DNA of 42,208 nt, taken from the NCBI GenBank assembly GCA_964632275.1, contig CAZWCD010000002.1, positions 1 to 42,208 on the forward strand, read 5' to 3'. Under the pieces are notes generated by a model, which did no database searches, was not told the origin of the DNA, and saw only the letters and a program-made list of their open reading frames with translations. The position numbers were made by a program, and so were the translations under genes. Positions 16,207-24,630 of this stretch are shown piece after piece. The stretch is from an uncultured Thermodesulfobacteriota bacterium (GTDB taxonomy: Bacteria; Desulfobacterota; WTBG01). Each line of letters begins with the position of its first letter. Within the stretch, counting starts at the first letter, position 1.

Positions 16207-17366
16207 AGGTTCTTTTTGTCATTCGCTATTTCCATCCGTTTGTGGGCGGAACAGAAAAGCAGGCATTAACCCTGGCATCTCGTCTGGCTACAGACGGGAT
16301 TGATGTAACCATCCTGACCAGCCGTTTCAGTTATAGCTGGCAGCGTGCGGAGCGTATCCAGAACGTCCGGGTGATCCGGCTGCCTTCGCCAAGCATAAAA
16401 GTAATCGGCGCAATGGTGTTTCTCACCTGCTTGGCTCGCTACCTCATCAGATACAAAAATCACTATTCAATCATTCATACGTTTCAGATCGGCTACACAT
16501 CATTTGTGAGCATTGTCCTCGCCATGATTTTAAGGATACCATCACTGATTAAAGTGGCGAGCAGCGGCATCGGCGGGGATATACAGAGAGCAAAAAAAAC
16601 TGCCTGGGGAAAACTGTGCCTGCTGATGGCAAAAAGGGCAACGCGCATAATTGCGGTCAGTGATAGTGTGAAGAGAGAGCTGATGGATGAGCACGTGCCT
16701 TCCTCCGCTATCGAGTCCATCGCAAATGGTGTCGATCTCGAGCTGTATGAACCATACAAGGATAAACCTGCAATGCGCCGGCGCCTACAACTGCCTGATA
16801 AAATAACCATAGTTTATACCGGACGGCTTTCGCCGGAAAAGGGCGTCGATTTCCTCATTCGCGGCTTTGCACAACTGGTGAAAACGCAGCCATGTCAACT
16901 CTTAATCATTGCGGATGGGCCGGAGCAGGAATCTGTTGTCAAACTGATTGCCGACCACAATCTGAACGGTTTGGTGCTGCTGGTTTCAAAGGTGGAGGAG
17001 GTGGCGCCGTATCTGAAGGCGTCTGATTTGTTTGTGCTTCCATCGAGGTTTGAAGGATTGTCAAATGCATTGCTTGAGTCGATGGCCTGTGGATTGCCGG
17101 TCATATCGACCAGTGTTGGAGGCAGCAGGGATATTATAGATGATGGGGTGAATGGACTCCTCGTTGATGTAGAGGCAACGGATCAGTTGAGGAATGCCAT
17201 GACGCGGGTTTTATGTGACCGGCAACTGGCCGCAACGCTCGGGGTGAATGCCCGGGCAGCAGTAGAAGCAAAGCATGATATGAAGAATATTGCGAATGCA
17301 TATTGTGTCCTCTACCGTCATCTGAGCTCCGAAGTGCATGCGAAGGCCGCAGATGAGTATGCTTAA
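16203..17366 (+). CDS. Glycosyltransferase family 4 (GT-B)
   Basis: 387 aa: MKVLFVIRYFHPFVGGTEKQ, then EGLSNALLESMACGLPVISTSVGGSRDIIDDGVNGLLV (EX7E region). ATGA overlap with the ligase gene. Confidence 0.88.
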   Translation: MKVLFVIRYFHPFVGGTEKQALTLASRLATDGIDVTILTSRFSYSWQRAERIQNVRVIRLPSPSIKVIGAMVFLTCLARYLIRYKNHYSIIHTFQIGYTSFVSIVLAMILRIPSLIKVASSGIGGDIQRAKKTAWGKLCLLMAKRATRIIAVSDSVKRELMDEHVPSSAIESIANGVDLELYEPYKDKPAMRRRLQLPDKITIVYTGRLSPEKGVDFLIRGFAQLVKTQPCQLLIIADGPEQESVVKLIADHNLNGLVLLVSKVEEVAPYLKASDLFVLPSRFEGLSNALLESMACGLPVISTSVGGSRDIIDDGVNGLLVDVEATDQLRNAMTRVLCDRQLAATLGVNARAAVEAKHDMKNIANAYCVLYRHLSSEVHAKAADEYA

Positions 17367-18588
17367 ATCAGTTCAGACGGTACTAATGAACCCCGCGTAT
17401 CTGACAACGCTCCGGAGAAGGGCAAGCCGGGAATTCAGGTTCTTTGATTTCGATTATCGATTCCTCGATGGCTACAGTTTTGCGCCAAAATCGATCTGCC
17501 TTATCCTGACCGAGGCATGTAATTTACAGTGTCGCATGTGCGATATCGGACAAAGGAATGCGCGGCAGCAGGGAGCAGCATTCTCACCCCTGACCACTGC
17601 CATAGCCGGCGGTGATGAAGACATGACCCTGGGCGATTGGAAAAGACTGCTCGATGATATAGCGCACATGAATGGCCATCCGCTGGTTTTGCTTACCGGA
17701 ACCGAACCGTTTCTCTATCATGGGATCATGGAACTCCTGGAGTACGGTCTTTCTTGCGGCATCAATTATCACATTACGACCAACGGTACACTCTTACAAA
17801 GGTATGCCGATCAACTGGTAGCGCTGTGCACTAAACCTGATGCGCTGCGCATTACCATTTCACTTGATGGCATCGGTGATGTCCACGATGGCATACGGGG
17901 AGTAAAGGGTACATTTGACAGGGCAATCGAAGGATTACAAGCACTCAATGCAAGGAAAGAGCAGGAGAATCAAGCCGGGCCCGACGTGACGATCAATTAT
18001 ACCATATCCAATTATAACCAAACGCACATTCGAGAATTCATTGATTGGTTTCACCATCATGACCATCATGTTCGCGGGATAAACTTTTCTCACCTGTGGT
18101 TTAAAGACGCGTCCATTGCAGAAACGCATAATAAGCGGTTTGCTGATCACTTCCCGGTTCAGGAGGAAAACACCGGCGCCGTGGATCTGGATACAATTGA
18201 TATAAAGCAAGTCCGTGAACAGCTTGCGGCAAGCCGAAACGGAGGACTGCGTTTGCCGTTTTACATTGCTGAAAGCCCGCCATTGACCGAGATGGAAGCA
18301 GGGATTTATTACCAAAGGCCAACTGAGGTTGTGTTCTATGATAAATGTCTGGCCCCCTGGAGAAATATTGCCATTAACCCGCACGGCGAAGTCATCATAA
18401 GCCCTCTTTGTTTTGCCGGTACGATGGGAAACGTTAAAAAGAGCTCCTTTTCCCGCATCTGGAATGGGAACTCATTCAGACGGTTTCGCCGCAAGCTCCA
18501 GAACGTAGGTATGTATCCAGCCTGCAGCAGATGTTGCATGCTGTTTGATTCAAAGCCCAAGTACTATAAGATACGGCAGATGTGGTAA
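17338..18588 (+). CDS. Radical SAM enzyme with a Cys-rich SPASM/twitch-like C-terminus
   Basis: CNLQCRMC (CX3CX2C) near residue 60. C-terminal CLAPWRNIAINPHGEVIISPLC...CSRCC. Alternative starts are ATG 17353 and 17359. It overlaps the GT4 stop. Confidence 0.8.
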   Translation: MRRPQMSMLKSVQTVLMNPAYLTTLRRRASREFRFFDFDYRFLDGYSFAPKSICLILTEACNLQCRMCDIGQRNARQQGAAFSPLTTAIAGGDEDMTLGDWKRLLDDIAHMNGHPLVLLTGTEPFLYHGIMELLEYGLSCGINYHITTNGTLLQRYADQLVALCTKPDALRITISLDGIGDVHDGIRGVKGTFDRAIEGLQALNARKEQENQAGPDVTINYTISNYNQTHIREFIDWFHHHDHHVRGINFSHLWFKDASIAETHNKRFADHFPVQEENTGAVDLDTIDIKQVREQLAASRNGGLRLPFYIAESPPLTEMEAGIYYQRPTEVVFYDKCLAPWRNIAINPHGEVIISPLCFAGTMGNVKKSSFSRIWNGNSFRRFRRKLQNVGMYPACSRCCMLFDSKPKYYKIRQMW

Positions 18589-18674
18589 AGGGATGCATGA
18601 TACAGGATGCAGGATACACGACGAGAGGAAGACAGAGGAGTCAGGATTTGGAAGATAGACATTAAATCTGACTG

Positions 18675-18730
18675 CCGGTAGGAGCGGCTTTATGCCGCGA
18701 ATAAATCGCGCCTGAAGGTGCTCCTACCAG
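18675..18730 (+). repeat. REP-like element family B, full copy (multi-hairpin)
   Basis: GGTAGGAGC (18677-85) pairs with GCTCCTACC (18720-28). Inner hairpins are GCGGC-tttat-GCCGC and GCGA-ataaa-TCGC. Confidence 0.75.
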
Positions 18731-18800
18731 AAACATCAAATATGTTTGCTTAGGATAAAAAGGAAGATCTTAGCCTCACATCGCTTTGTCGGTCCAAACT

Positions 18801-20024
18801 ATGAAATACAGGCTGCTTGATTATCTTGTTTGTCCGGAGTGTGGCGGTGAGCTGAGCATTTCAATATTCAGGGAAAGCCGGGTTGAGACTGCCGTCCCTC
18901 ATGCGATCAAACGATGCGGCCTGCGCTGTGCCTTCAGGGATCATCGTAACAACCCATCCGATAGCAACGCTGACTGCGCTCGCTGTATGACCTATGAGAT
19001 CGAGGCGGGGATTCTTTCCTGTTCCTGCCGCACTGTGTACCCGGTGGCTGACGGGATTCCACGTATGCTTCATGATGCATTGGATGAATTGGACAGTTTT
19101 TCAGAAACATATAGGAATAATATTCTCAGTACCGGAGCTCTTGCTGCGTTGTATAAATCTGAAACTTCTTTGAGGGAGCAGAAGAAGACGAAGGCAAGCT
19201 TTGGGTATCAATGGCTTCGATATAACGCAAACGATGCCCTGGAAGATCAGACGGTTTTTCTCTCAGACTCGCAGCTGTCAGCTGAGGACATTAAAAATAA
19301 ACTGCTGCTTGACGCGGGATGCGGCATGGGCAGGTATACGGCGGTTGCTGCCGGCAAGGGTGCTGAAATAATCGGGCTGGACTTGAGCAAAAGCGTCCTT
19401 AAGGCTTATGAGAAAATCAGACCGCTTCCTTTCGCGCACATTATACAGGCTGACATAATGCGACTACCCTTCAGGGAGAAACAATTTGATGTAATTTACA
19501 GCCTGGGAGTTCTGCATCATACTCCCGATGCCCGACAGGCCTTTTTACAGTTAGCGAAGCGACTTAAAGAGAACGGGATCATTTCTGTCTGGCTCTATGG
19601 TACGGCAGGACCATTTGCGGATTTCAAGACCAACCCGTTGAAGACGGATTGGGCGCAACGATTCACGAGCACTTTTGCTCAACGGCTGCACTGGCTTCTT
19701 GTCTTGCTGCGAGAATCTCTATACAATTGCCTGCGAACAATTACCACCAGGATGAATGTTCCACTGCTGTATATGCTCTGTTACCCGCTGGCCGCGCTGG
19801 GGAAGATACCGCTGCTTAAGTATCTGACTGCGTCAGTTCACCCGAAGTGGAGAGTAAGGCTACAGGAAAATTTTGACTGGCTTTCTCCGGAGTATCAGAG
19901 CCATCATACCAAGGAGGAAATCCTCGGTTGGTGTGCCGAGGCGCAGGTTGGTGTGATCTCCCAGCTCATGCACGGTTTTATACCCAAGGTGGGTATCAAA
20001 GGCGTGCAGCGCTGCCGTTTGTAA
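18801..20024 (+). CDS. Class I SAM-dependent methyltransferase with an N-terminal Trm112-like zinc-ribbon and a hydrophobic C-terminal extension
   Basis: The track starts at TTG 18786, but ATG 18801 (MKYRLLDYLVCPECGG...VYPVADGIPRML) is preferred. SAM motif I LLDAGCGMGRY, then DVIYSLGVLHHTPD. Confidence 0.8.
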   Translation: MKYRLLDYLVCPECGGELSISIFRESRVETAVPHAIKRCGLRCAFRDHRNNPSDSNADCARCMTYEIEAGILSCSCRTVYPVADGIPRMLHDALDELDSFSETYRNNILSTGALAALYKSETSLREQKKTKASFGYQWLRYNANDALEDQTVFLSDSQLSAEDIKNKLLLDAGCGMGRYTAVAAGKGAEIIGLDLSKSVLKAYEKIRPLPFAHIIQADIMRLPFREKQFDVIYSLGVLHHTPDARQAFLQLAKRLKENGIISVWLYGTAGPFADFKTNPLKTDWAQRFTSTFAQRLHWLLVLLRESLYNCLRTITTRMNVPLLYMLCYPLAALGKIPLLKYLTASVHPKWRVRLQENFDWLSPEYQSHHTKEEILGWCAEAQVGVISQLMHGFIPKVGIKGVQRCRL

Positions 20025-20050
20025 TGACGAGCCAAAGATAGTGGCAATTT

Positions 20051-20105
20051 CGGTTGGAGCGCCTTCAGGCGCGATGCATCTGGGGATTAAAGCCGCTCCA
20101 GCCGG
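20051..20105 (-). repeat. REP-like element family B, full copy in inverted orientation
   Basis: CGGTTGGAGCGCCTTCAGGCGCGAT...TAAAGCCGCTCCAGCCGG aligns, by eye at roughly 80 percent, to the reverse complement of 18675..18730. Confidence 0.7.
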
Positions 20106-20124
20106 TTCATAAAAGCAGTCAACC

Positions 20125-22590
20125 ATGACCGATGCCATAAAGATAAATAAGGTTTCCGTGGTATGCGCGTTGCTGCTTCTCTGCATCACCGCACTTTACT
20201 TTTCGCCGGTGGTGTTTAGCAGCAAGACCTTTGCATCGCGGGATATGTATGCATTTTATTACCCGAGGCAGTTCTTTGCTGCGGAATGCATAAAAGGCGG
20301 TATTCTACCCCTCTGGAATCCTCATCTGGCTTCAGGGGTTCCTTTTTTGGCAAATCTCCAGAGTTCCGTATTCTATCCATTAAGCCTTATGTATTATCTC
20401 CTGCCGTTTGCGACCGGGTTTAAGTATTTCATTGTACTGCATTATTTTCTGGCTGGCTTGTGGATGTTTCTGCTGATGCGTAACTGGAAGTATGAAGCCT
20501 ATTCGTGCATGTTCGCTGCGATTGTGTTCATGCTGGGCGGTTATATGGTGTCAATTTTGGATAATGTTTCTTTTCTCACCGCTGCCGTATGGCTGCCGCT
20601 CATTGTGCTGCTGTACGATCTTTTTTTAAAAGGAAAGAAGAGAATCTATCTGGCGCTTACCGGTGTTGTCATCGGACTGCAGATCCTGGGCGGCGATGCG
20701 TCCTGCTATGTGCTGTCGACCTTTCTGTTTACGTTTGCGTATCACCTCTACTGCGTGCGCACGGCCCGGTATCAGGGATTTGGAGCAACGGCCGGTTCAA
20801 TGCTCTCTTTTCCCCTTGTCTGGCTCATCGGCATTCTGCTCTCGGCCATCGTGCTCATTCCCTTTGCCGAGTATGTCTATTATTCGACCCGCATAGGGGG
20901 GTTCAGCTTTGATGAATTGACCAAATGGTCCTACCACCCGCTGGAGTTATTGCAGCTGTTTGTCCCCTACGTATTCGGATCAACCGTTCCCATGAGCAGA
21001 TGGTTCGGCCAGTATTGGCTGGATACATTTTACGTGGGTGTGTTGCCGCTGCTGCTGGTGGTCTACGCGCTCCGCTGGTCAGGAAAAGGCATGGCCTATT
21101 TTCTTATCGGGGTGGTTGCATGTTCATTGCTCATGGCCTTCGGCAAATATACGCCGCTATTTTCTGTAGTCCGATATGTGCCGGGTGTTAATATGATCCA
21201 CTACCCGGTGAAGTACCTGTTCCTGGCAGGATTTGCCCTTGCAATCCTTGCGGGAATGGGGTTCAGTGTCCTGTTCGAAAAGGTGGAAAAGAAGGAAACA
21301 GGAGGCATGCAAGTGGTATTGATTGCGGTTACCGTCATTGCGCTGGGCATGCTGATTAGTGGAGCACTTGCCGATGAATCACTTTTTAATGCATTCGAGC
21401 AGGTATACCCGCAGACATTGTTTCACAAAATTGTCGGTACGCAAGCAGCGTACCTGGCAATTTTTAAGGAATATTCAATTTATGTGCTTATCCTGACCGC
21501 TGTCTGCGTGCTGCTTCTGTTGACCGCCAGAGGACGCATGCCTGTCACCGCGGCGAAACTAGCCGCCATCCTTCTGCTGCTGGCCGATCTTACCTTCGTA
21601 GCACGGCCGGAAGATGCGCTGATAGAATCATCAGCATTTACAAGATCAAATGAAACCGTACAGTTGCTTAAGTCTGATCCTTCTTGCTACAGAATGTTTT
21701 CACTCTCCTACGCGACGTTTGAGGGATTCATGCATATTCCCAATGTGCCTTTTGCCGGAACCTTCGAGACATTGAAGGCCTTTATGATGCCCAACCTCTC
21801 GCTCCTATTCGGGTTGGATACGATTGATGAATATGCAGAAATACTGGTGACCCGGTATTATGCCCTTTTTCAACCGGTCAAGGAATTTTACAGGCCGGAG
21901 AAGGTTGTTATTGCGCCGCCACATTTCTCCCGGCAGATGCTTAATCTGCTCAATGTAAAATATGTGATAAGTTCGTATCGCCTGGACGATGGTGCATTCA
22001 AGACGGTACAAGGAGGACCGGTCAAGATATACGAGAATACGGAAGTGATGCCACGGGCGTTCTTTGTTTCGAGCTCCTCGGTATATACTGAGGACAATGA
22101 TGTTCTGGCAGCCATGCAGGCCCCCGGCTTTGATCCGAAGCGCTCCGTGATCCTTACCCGCCAGGAATATCACAAGATAGGGGAGGGTGCCGCCGGAGAG
22201 AGAGCCCAACATGGAGATCATGCTGTCGAGGTAAAAATTCTAAAGTATTCACCAAACCGGGTCGAAATAGAAACTATTGGAAATGACAAGGGTTTTCTGG
22301 TCCTGGCCGACAATTATTATCCGGGCTGGAAGGTCCACGTCAACGGCACAGAGAAAAATATTTTGCGGGTTTATTATAATCTGCGAGCTGTCTTTCTTCC
22401 CCCGGGACACAGCACAATTACCTTCACTTTTGAGCCCACCAGCTTCAAAATAGGAGCTTCTATCAGCATCTTCACTTTATTTATCATCATTGTGTGCTTA
22501 GTAGCACAACGAGCCAAGAAATACAGTTTCATCTTAGTTGGTTGTTGCAAGGCAACACAGGTTATAAAAGGATATGAGCGAAACCGATAA
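20125..22590 (+). CDS. YfhO-family GT-C membrane glycosyltransferase
   Basis: 821 aa. N-terminus FASRDMYAFYYPRQFFAAECIKGGILPLWNPHLASGVPFLANLQSSVFYPL, many TM helices, and a C-terminal NYYPGWKVHVNGTEKNILRVYYNLRAVFLPPGHSTITFTFEP. All are typical of YfhO. Confidence 0.8.
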   Translation: MTDAIKINKVSVVCALLLLCITALYFSPVVFSSKTFASRDMYAFYYPRQFFAAECIKGGILPLWNPHLASGVPFLANLQSSVFYPLSLMYYLLPFATGFKYFIVLHYFLAGLWMFLLMRNWKYEAYSCMFAAIVFMLGGYMVSILDNVSFLTAAVWLPLIVLLYDLFLKGKKRIYLALTGVVIGLQILGGDASCYVLSTFLFTFAYHLYCVRTARYQGFGATAGSMLSFPLVWLIGILLSAIVLIPFAEYVYYSTRIGGFSFDELTKWSYHPLELLQLFVPYVFGSTVPMSRWFGQYWLDTFYVGVLPLLLVVYALRWSGKGMAYFLIGVVACSLLMAFGKYTPLFSVVRYVPGVNMIHYPVKYLFLAGFALAILAGMGFSVLFEKVEKKETGGMQVVLIAVTVIALGMLISGALADESLFNAFEQVYPQTLFHKIVGTQAAYLAIFKEYSIYVLILTAVCVLLLLTARGRMPVTAAKLAAILLLLADLTFVARPEDALIESSAFTRSNETVQLLKSDPSCYRMFSLSYATFEGFMHIPNVPFAGTFETLKAFMMPNLSLLFGLDTIDEYAEILVTRYYALFQPVKEFYRPEKVVIAPPHFSRQMLNLLNVKYVISSYRLDDGAFKTVQGGPVKIYENTEVMPRAFFVSSSSVYTEDNDVLAAMQAPGFDPKRSVILTRQEYHKIGEGAAGERAQHGDHAVEVKILKYSPNRVEIETIGNDKGFLVLADNYYPGWKVHVNGTEKNILRVYYNLRAVFLPPGHSTITFTFEPTSFKIGASISIFTLFIIIVCLVAQRAKKYSFILVGCCKATQVIKGYERNR

Positions 22591-23341
22591 ATTATTATCC
22601 CTTTTATGGGAATTGGTATACCGGGACATTATTACTCGCTATCGGCGATCTATTCTAGGCCCACTTTGGGCCTTACTACAACCTTTATTAATGATGGCCG
22701 TGTTCACTTTTTTGAAAGGAGTTATAGATATTCCCAGCGAGGGGGTTCCGTATGTGATTTTTAGTTATGCCGCCCTTGTTCCCTGGACTTTTTTTTCAAA
22801 TGCCATTAACAGGTGTGGACCAGCTATAGTGAATAATGGAAATTTGATGAAAAAAATTAATATTCAGCGGGAGGTCTTTCTTCTTACAGCCATTGCAACA
22901 TCTCTCTTTGATTTTGTTATGTCCGGTCTGGTTCTAGCAGGCATGATGATCTTTTATGGAGTTCCTGTTGCACTGTGCTTGTTATGGCTACCCGCACTTC
23001 TACTACTAACAAGTGTTTTGGCATTCGCAATCGGCATGTGTTTTGCCTCTATAGGATGTTTTAAGCATGATATTATTATTGCGTGCCCGTTTTTATTGCA
23101 ATTATGGTTTTTTGTTACACCGGTAATTTATCCCTCAAGCACCATTCCTGAAAAATGGATCACGCTCTATAAACTAAACCCGATGGTGGGGATTATTGAA
23201 GGATTTCGCAATGTATTAACCAAAGGAGAGGGCCCCAATGTTGACTATTTGTTCTATTCATTGTCTGTCACGCTCTTGCTGCTGCTGATATTCTGGCCCT
23301 TATTTAAATGGTTATCTCAGTACTTTGCTGATGTGTTGTGA
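22574..23341 (+). CDS. wzm: ABC-2 type polysaccharide exporter permease (Wzm/TagG/KpsM-like)
   Basis: 255 aa with N-terminal LLWELVYRDIITRYRRSILGPLWALLQPLLMM and 6 TM helices. It sits directly upstream of the ATPase. Confidence 0.85.
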   Translation: MSETDKLLSLLWELVYRDIITRYRRSILGPLWALLQPLLMMAVFTFLKGVIDIPSEGVPYVIFSYAALVPWTFFSNAINRCGPAIVNNGNLMKKINIQREVFLLTAIATSLFDFVMSGLVLAGMMIFYGVPVALCLLWLPALLLLTSVLAFAIGMCFASIGCFKHDIIIACPFLLQLWFFVTPVIYPSSTIPEKWITLYKLNPMVGIIEGFRNVLTKGEGPNVDYLFYSLSVTLLLLLIFWPLFKWLSQYFADVL

Positions 23342-23342
23342 T

Positions 23343-24551
23343 ATGAAAGAAGAAATCGTAGTGAAGGTCGAACATCTTTGGAAAGAGTATGGCGTGCCAT
23401 TACCCAAGATGATATCCGCGTTTACACATGTTCTATCGGGTAACTATGCAGTAAGAGCAAACCGTTGGGCCCTTAAAGATATTACTATTGAAGTTAAACA
23501 AGGAGAGACGCTTGGTGTAATCGGTCCGAACGGCGCGGGCAAAAGCACATTATTAAAAGTTTTGGCTGGTGTTACACCGCCGACGCGCGGTCACGTTAAA
23601 GTGCATCGTAAACTATTCCCCATGATTGAATTAAACGCAGGCATTCATCCAGAATTGACCGGGAGAGAAAATGTGCGCATGCTCGGAGCTATTATGGGGT
23701 TTAGCCGGGGTGAGATTCAATCCAAGATGGATGACATAGAAGCATTTACGGAATTGGGCGAATGGTTTGCTCGGCCGGTTCGCATGTATTCGAGTGGCAT
23801 GCTGGCACGATTAGGGTTCGGAACGGCTGTTCATATGGATGCAGACATTTTGTTGATCGATGAAGTGCTGGCCGTGGGAGACCTGACCTTTCAATTTAAA
23901 TGTCACCAAACAATGGCGAGATTGAGGGACGAAGGGAAAACCATTCTCTTTGTTTCGCACAATTTGAATGCGGTTCGCAACTTATGTAATCGTGTTGTTC
24001 TTTTGCATCAAGGCGCAGTATCTTCGCTGGGTGACGCCGAATCGGTCGTTGCCTCATATAGGGAAAATGCTTCGGAAGTCACAAAGCACCTTGTTGAATC
24101 TTTGGATTTGGCAACTGACGTGTGCAGGATTGTACATGTTCAATTTATCAAATTGGATGGAACGGCCGGCAACAGCTTTGAAGTGGGTGAAGGCATGATC
24201 CTGCGGGTGCATTATTGTGCAAACCAGGCAATACAGGAACCGGCGGTTGTTGTTGCATTCCATAATATGATGGATGTTAGCACGGTCGCTGTTGGATTTA
24301 ATACTTGGGAGGACGGGATACGAAATCACGAATTTTCCGGGAATGGCAGTTTCGATCTGCGAATCAGTGCATTGAACTTAATGCCGTCAACCTATTTTGT
24401 CAATGTCGTCTTCCACACAGCGGAGCGCTATCCGATGATTGCCCGCAGCAGGGGTAAATACATGTTTCAGTTGCACTCACAAAACAAAACACTTGGCATT
24501 GCGCGACTTGAACACAGCTGGGATCTTACACGCAATGCAGAAGTGCCATAA
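23343..24551 (+). CDS. wzt: ABC polysaccharide exporter ATPase (Wzt/TagH-like) with a C-terminal extension of about 150 aa (Wzt_C-like putative glycan-binding domain)
   Basis: Walker A GPNGAGKST, signature YSSGMLARLGF, Walker B ILLIDEVLAVGD. The C-terminal beta-rich region is CRIVHVQFIKLDG...FDLRISALNLMPSTYFVNVVFH. Upstream alternative starts are 23325 and 23331. Confidence 0.85.
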   Translation: MKEEIVVKVEHLWKEYGVPLPKMISAFTHVLSGNYAVRANRWALKDITIEVKQGETLGVIGPNGAGKSTLLKVLAGVTPPTRGHVKVHRKLFPMIELNAGIHPELTGRENVRMLGAIMGFSRGEIQSKMDDIEAFTELGEWFARPVRMYSSGMLARLGFGTAVHMDADILLIDEVLAVGDLTFQFKCHQTMARLRDEGKTILFVSHNLNAVRNLCNRVVLLHQGAVSSLGDAESVVASYRENASEVTKHLVESLDLATDVCRIVHVQFIKLDGTAGNSFEVGEGMILRVHYCANQAIQEPAVVVAFHNMMDVSTVAVGFNTWEDGIRNHEFSGNGSFDLRISALNLMPSTYFVNVVFHTAERYPMIARSRGKYMFQLHSQNKTLGIARLEHSWDLTRNAEVP

Positions 24552-24630
24552 GGCCGCATTGGTGTGCACAGACCAATAGATGCATAAACCATAGACCAGT
24601 GCTCGGTCTGCCTAGGCCAAGAGGGAGATT

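Noticed and set aside
18591-18618. Imperfect 14-bp tandem duplication GGATGCATGATACA / GGATGCAGGATACA after the radical SAM gene
   Set aside because: There are only two units and they contain mismatches. It resembles dispersed short repeats seen in related genomes but is too short to call a feature or an array.
20042-20057. TGGCAA-N5-GTTGG upstream of the YfhO gene as a sigma-54 promoter
   Set aside because: The invariant GC of the -12 element is GG here, and the sequence is part of the REP-B repeat arm.
19860-20189. 109-aa minus-strand ORF spanning the methyltransferase end, the REP-B copy and the YfhO start
   Set aside because: It overlaps two well-supported plus-strand genes. Its central peptide (…GAALIPRCIAPEGAPT…) is encoded by the REP-B element.
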